A DNA stretch of 64,000 nt. Origin: Verrucomicrobiia bacterium. Its GTDB lineage: Bacteria; Verrucomicrobiota; Verrucomicrobiia; Limisphaerales; UBA1319. Below, one piece after another: positions 59,774-64,000 of the stretch. Numbering within the stretch: position 1 is the first letter of the stretch; each line of letters begins with the position of its first letter. The notes under the pieces were generated by a model that saw only the letters and a program-made list of their open reading frames with translations, had not been told where the DNA came from and searched no databases. The DNA lies in assembly GCA_963664225.1 (NCBI GenBank), contig OY760937.1, positions 5,152,001 through 5,216,000 of the forward strand, given 5' to 3'. A program made the translations under genes and the position numbers.

Positions 59774-60750
59774 AAATCACGATCATTGGTTCGGGAGCTT
59801 GGGGCAGCGCATTAGGGCGATTGCTGCATGAGGGAGGGCATTCTGTCACGCTTTGGGGAAACTTGCGCGAGCAGTTGGAGGTGATGCGGCAGACAGGACG
59901 GAACGAGTTGTGTCTGCCAGGAGTGGATTTGCCCCGGGACTGGACGCTTGAGCCGGATTTGGTGAAGGCAATGCAAGGGGCGGAGGTGGTGGTGGTGGCG
60001 GTTCCATCCAAACCCTTTCGAGAGGTGACGCAGTGTTTAAAAAATCATCGCGAAATCGTGGTCAGTGTGACCAAGGGCATTGAGTATGAGACGGGCTTGA
60101 CGATGAGTTCCGTGCTGCGGGAGAATGCACCTCAAGCGCGAATTGTGGCTTTATCCGGACCCACGCTGGCATTGGAGGTGGCGAAAGGCATTCCCACAGC
60201 GATTGTGGCTGCCAGCCAGGATTTGGAGGCGGCAAAAGCGGTTCAAATGCTGTTTCATCGGCCGACGTTCCGAGTCTATACGAGTCAGGATGTTCTTGGG
60301 GTTGAGATGGGAGGGGCGCTTAAAAATGTGATTGCGATTGCCGCAGGAGGGTGCGATGGGTTGGGCTTTGGCGATAATTCCAAGGCAGCGCTCATTACGC
60401 GAGGGATTGGGGAAATCCGCCGTTTGGGGGTCGCATGTGGGGCATTGCCTGAGACTTTTTCAGGGTTGAGTGGCTTGGGTGATCTGACCGTGACCTGTTT
60501 TTCCCGTTTAAGTCGCAACCGTGGATTTGGGGAGCGATTAGGCCGGGGCGAGAACTTGGAGTATATTTTAAAGACTTTAACCGCTGTGGCGGAGGGATAT
60601 CCAACAGCACGCTCGGCTTTTCATCTGGCGCGGCAGCGTGGAGTTGTCACGCCGATCATCGACCAGGTTCATGCGATGTTGTATGAGGGCAAGAATATCG
60701 AGCAGGCGGTGCATGATCTGATTGGCCGCAGCGAAAAGTCTGAAGTTTAA
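59770..60750 (+). CDS. gpsA: NAD(P)H-dependent glycerol-3-phosphate dehydrogenase
   Basis: GSGAWG, TKGIE, LSGPTLA, ALKNVIAI, GLGDL..TC.SRLSRN, AEG. Confidence 0.96.
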   Translation: MKITIIGSGAWGSALGRLLHEGGHSVTLWGNLREQLEVMRQTGRNELCLPGVDLPRDWTLEPDLVKAMQGAEVVVVAVPSKPFREVTQCLKNHREIVVSVTKGIEYETGLTMSSVLRENAPQARIVALSGPTLALEVAKGIPTAIVAASQDLEAAKAVQMLFHRPTFRVYTSQDVLGVEMGGALKNVIAIAAGGCDGLGFGDNSKAALITRGIGEIRRLGVACGALPETFSGLSGLGDLTVTCFSRLSRNRGFGERLGRGENLEYILKTLTAVAEGYPTARSAFHLARQRGVVTPIIDQVHAMLYEGKNIEQAVHDLIGRSEKSEV

Positions 60751-61017
60751 TTGAGGCGGTACGGATGGTGACGATTTGAAGTTGTTCAGAGGGTAGGACA
60801 GGAATGACCTATTTGGACTGCCTTGGAATTTCATAAGCTCCTCGAGCGACACTCTTATTGGAGGGCTGTCCCAACTCTGGCAGGGGATCTTAGCCCATGA
60901 TTCTGCCGTATTATTGGCCAATGTGGAGGCTAAAACGTTCATATCCAGTCATCAAGGTTCGAAACTAATTCGAACTTAGATGTAGAAATGCTCGATTTTT
61001 TCATGCCCAAATGGTGT

Positions 61018-61032
61018 CGGCACGAAATTAGC
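61018..61032 (+). promoter_or_regulatory. Putative sigma54 -24/-12 promoter
   Basis: CGGCACGAAATTAGC has GG-N10-GC spacing, upstream of ATG 61057/61111. Confidence 0.4.
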
Positions 61033-61110
61033 TGTGCAGTGTTTCCAAGCGGCACGATGAAGGCAGAAAGTCGAAAAACAAAAGCAAACAAACTATTCAA
61101 TAAGAATAGG

Positions 61111-62484
61111 ATGCGTCAGCTTCCCATGGTGGTAATCGTTCATGACGATCCGGTGCAACTGTCCAAGATTTCGCTATTGGCTGGAATGGAGACGGCAGAG
61201 GTTCATTCGTTCCGTAGTGTCGGGGATGCGCTGCAATTCATGAGCAAATCAGGGCCGCCACAATTGATCATCACCGCATTAAACATGCCAGGTACTGATG
61301 GCATTCGGTTCTGTAAAATGGTGCGTTCGCCGGAGTTTTTCGTTTTGAACGAAGTGCCGATATTGGTGATTTCGGCCAATTGTGGAGGAATGGATGCCCA
61401 CTCCTTTATGGCAGGCTTGGGAGTCATTGACTTTATTGGAATTCCCTATGACGTGAACGATTTTAGGAAAAGAGTGTGTAAACTGTTGAAGGGCGCTTCG
61501 TCTCCATCGGTTCCCGGATTTTTATTATTGAACGAGGACGCGGTGTTTTCCAGGTCCTTGAAAAAAGCGATGCGGGAAGGTGGTTATGCAGTCCACATCG
61601 CCAGACGGCAGGCGGATTTGTGGGCCTTCTTTTACAAGCACAGGCCTCTTGGAGTGGTGCTCGACAGCGCTCTTGCTGCAGAACTCAATGGAACGACGAT
61701 TGACGAGATCAAACGTCACAATCCGCTTTGCGTGGTCGTCGTTGTCAGTGAAAAGACTTCAAGCGATGAGGCGGCTCAATGGATCGAGGCGGGAGCGAAT
61801 GCCTATATTGGGAAGAATTCCACTGCAAAAGAAATTGTTGGTGTTTGCGAATCGGCGAGCCGGGAACGGACGTTTCTTGGGATAAAGGACCGCCAGGAGG
61901 TGGATGAAGAGGCTCATAAATCGAGTGATTCGCTGTATCACGCGTTGTTTGAAGCAGCAGGTGAAGCCATGTTGGTTTTTGAAGAACAATCCGGGAAGAT
62001 CGTGGAGGCAAATGCGGCCGCAACGGTTTTATATCGCAGCACGCGGACCGAACTGCGGGGGATGCGATTCGGGGAATTGGCTGCGGCGGAGATTGGGACA
62101 TGCCAGGAGTCTGACGATGGCGGGAATTTGATGCATGCGTGGCACCGCAGGAAAAGCGGTGGTGGTTTTGCGGCGGAGATCGTGGTGCGGCCTTTTTCAG
62201 CGCACAATTTGCTGTTGAACGTGGCAGTGGTGCGTGATTTGACCGATCGGATGGTTGCGGACAAGACAAAAGAGCAGGCAAGGATCCCATTACATGCCTG
62301 TCGGGCGAGTAGTCCGACCTTGCCAAGATTACTGCATATTTGCGCGAATTGTAAAAAGATCAAGGACGACACGGGGCTTTGGACGGGATTGGAATTATAT
62401 CTAAGCGGTTACGACGGCACGCAGTTTAGCCATAGCATCTGTCCCAATTGTGTGAAGAAACTCTATCCTGATCATAGCAAGTAA
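61111..62484 (+). CDS. Response-regulator-like protein: REC-REC-PAS plus C-terminal Cys/His Zn motif
   Basis: VHDD..LIITALNMPG (REC1), LNED..VLDS (REC2), IVEANAAA PAS, ICANCKKIKDD.G.W..LE.Y...FSHSICPNC. Alternative starts 60988/61057. Confidence 0.8.
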   Translation: MRQLPMVVIVHDDPVQLSKISLLAGMETAEVHSFRSVGDALQFMSKSGPPQLIITALNMPGTDGIRFCKMVRSPEFFVLNEVPILVISANCGGMDAHSFMAGLGVIDFIGIPYDVNDFRKRVCKLLKGASSPSVPGFLLLNEDAVFSRSLKKAMREGGYAVHIARRQADLWAFFYKHRPLGVVLDSALAAELNGTTIDEIKRHNPLCVVVVVSEKTSSDEAAQWIEAGANAYIGKNSTAKEIVGVCESASRERTFLGIKDRQEVDEEAHKSSDSLYHALFEAAGEAMLVFEEQSGKIVEANAAATVLYRSTRTELRGMRFGELAAAEIGTCQESDDGGNLMHAWHRRKSGGGFAAEIVVRPFSAHNLLLNVAVVRDLTDRMVADKTKEQARIPLHACRASSPTLPRLLHICANCKKIKDDTGLWTGLELYLSGYDGTQFSHSICPNCVKKLYPDHSK

Positions 62485-62511
62485 GTTGCGACTCAGGGCT
62501 GGCTGCGGTTT

Positions 62512-64000
62512 TCAGCGAATCGAGAAGGGAAATCGCATTTCCTCCATGTATATTTCCTCGAAGCGCGGATCAGCGTTTAAATTGACATGGCGAATACGTT
62601 TTCGCAAAGGGCCAGTGTGGTCAATTATTTGGCTAACATTGAATAGCGCCATTTTGGCGCCAAGCAGTGCGGTGTTACCTGCTGGTTGGATCTGACTGCC
62701 AGAGAAATGAAACAGTCCAATGCGACGGGCGCTTTCGTGGTTAATGTAGTTGCCAAACGCGCCAGCGAGATAAATTCTTTCGACTTGTTCAGGTTGTGCG
62801 CCCCATTGGGTCAGAAGAATGCGCACGCCCGCCGCGATGGCGCCCTTCGCTAATTGCAGTTCACGGATGTCGGCCTGAATGAGTTTGACGGGGTTTTCCA
62901 AGAGGAAAGGCTCCTCTTTAATGGTAAGTCGGCCCTGCGGTTGAATAGCGCCCATGTCCAATCCGACCGCCACCGCATCGACCAGGCCGCTGCCGCATAT
63001 ACCGCGAGGGGAGACTCCTCCCAGAACGCTGCAGACAAGTTTGTTTTGTTCCATGTGAACTTCTGAGATGGCACCCGTGACCGCTCGCATACCCATGAAA
63101 ATTCGGGAACCTTCGAAAGCAGGACCCGCAGCGGTGGAGGCGCAGAGGAGACGTTCCTTGTTTCCGATGACGATTTCGCCATTGGTGCCCAGATCTATGA
63201 GGCACTGGAGATTTTGGCTCAGGTGAATGCGAGTGGCCAAAATTCCTGCGAGGATGTCGCTGCCCACAAAGCCGCCGAGGCACGGAAGGAATTGGATGGC
63301 AGTGTGTTCTGGAAAATCCCAGTTCAGATCAGAGGGTTGAAAAGTCTGCAATCCATTCGCAGGCGATTCAAATGGATAGTGTGCAAGAGGTTCCACGCTT
63401 AACCCGCAGAATAAATGGTGCATTACAGTGTTTCCAACCAACACGATGGAACGCAAATCCGAGATGGAAGCGGAAGTGTTGACGAATAATGTTTGCACCA
63501 AGAAGGCGATTTGATCACGGACGGAGCGAGTCAATGACTGGCGATTGTCTTTGGTCAGAGTGTATTGGATGCGGGTCATGATATCGGCACCGTGCGTGGC
63601 TTGCGAATTGAGGGCGCTTTGAACGCCAAGGATTTGTCCGGTGCGTCGGTCAATCAATTGAGCGACGATGGTTGTGGTGCCCAGGTCAATGGCGATGCCC
63701 AATCCGGGGGCGGGTTCAAACGTAAAGGGCGTGTCATCCGAGAGTATCGTGGCTTCCCATTGCGCCAGATCAATGGTTAAGTCATTGGTAACCAATACAC
63801 AGCAAGCGAGACGCCAACCCTCCGCAATTTCTTTTGGACTGAGTTTTTGCTGCTGTTCTGGGGTGATGGGGGCTTCACCTTCAAGAACTTTGATGCGGCA
63901 GCCACGACAACGAGCTTTGCCTCCGCAGGGGAATTCGACACCATAGGCGAAAAGGACATGACGTAGAGGAGTGCCTGGGGGGACTTGGATGGTTTTACCA
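62512..64000 (-). CDS. ASKHA-domain protein (DUF4445, RACo-like corrinoid activator) with N-terminal 2Fe-2S domain; 5' end beyond the window
   Basis: The frame stays open to the window edge: FPCGGKARCRGC...RLAC (2Fe-2S), DLGTTT, GGFVGSD, DLGTNGE, AAGPAFEG, GICGSG, LAGAFG. Confidence 0.9.
   Translation of the reverse strand, partial: GKTIQVPPGTPLRHVLFAYGVEFPCGGKARCRGCRIKVLEGEAPITPEQQQKLSPKEIAEGWRLACCVLVTNDLTIDLAQWEATILSDDTPFTFEPAPGLGIAIDLGTTTIVAQLIDRRTGQILGVQSALNSQATHGADIMTRIQYTLTKDNRQSLTRSVRDQIAFLVQTLFVNTSASISDLRSIVLVGNTVMHHLFCGLSVEPLAHYPFESPANGLQTFQPSDLNWDFPEHTAIQFLPCLGGFVGSDILAGILATRIHLSQNLQCLIDLGTNGEIVIGNKERLLCASTAAGPAFEGSRIFMGMRAVTGAISEVHMEQNKLVCSVLGGVSPRGICGSGLVDAVAVGLDMGAIQPQGRLTIKEEPFLLENPVKLIQADIRELQLAKGAIAAGVRILLTQWGAQPEQVERIYLAGAFGNYINHESARRIGLFHFSGSQIQPAGNTALLGAKMALFNVSQIIDHTGPLRKRIRHVNLNADPRFEEIYMEEMRFPFSIR

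Overview
This is a GC-rich bacterial chromosomal window. Gene content and style suggest Verrucomicrobiota (Pedosphaera/Limisphaerales-like), which is an inference. Most of it is housekeeping or conserved: fur/perR-like regulator with sufBCDUTS, gdhA, a MATE transporter, NfeD-like protein with flotillin, a membrane-tethered ECF sigma factor, an STN-S8 protease, a PAS hybrid kinase, purE, a sigma70 gene followed by apt, a PAP2/GT fusion, ogg and comB, then mlaEFD-PIN/TRAM-pyrE, dus, parB, a PfkB kinase, def, guaA, a GH42 enzyme, dciA, a MoxR-DUF58-Bat operon, plsY-gpsA, a REC-REC-PAS-Zn protein and a truncated ASKHA/RACo gene. The mobile or accessory parts are three. First, an apparently complete endonuclease-less group II intron (~9.43-11.38 kb) with a non-canonical, hairpin-extended 5' end, lying inside a short inverted repeat. 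Second, a ~1.4-kb cassette-like unit (36.17-37.59 kb) in which a membrane-protein gene is bracketed by two ~250-bp direct repeats, each made of a 186-bp REP/MITE-like element fused to the 3' tail of a phage terminase-like gene; this is the best candidate for an undescribed system. Third, a frameshifted DnaJ-type zinc-finger remnant between sufS and gdhA. No rRNA, tRNA or CRISPR array was seen. All assignments come from reading motifs by eye; no searches were run.
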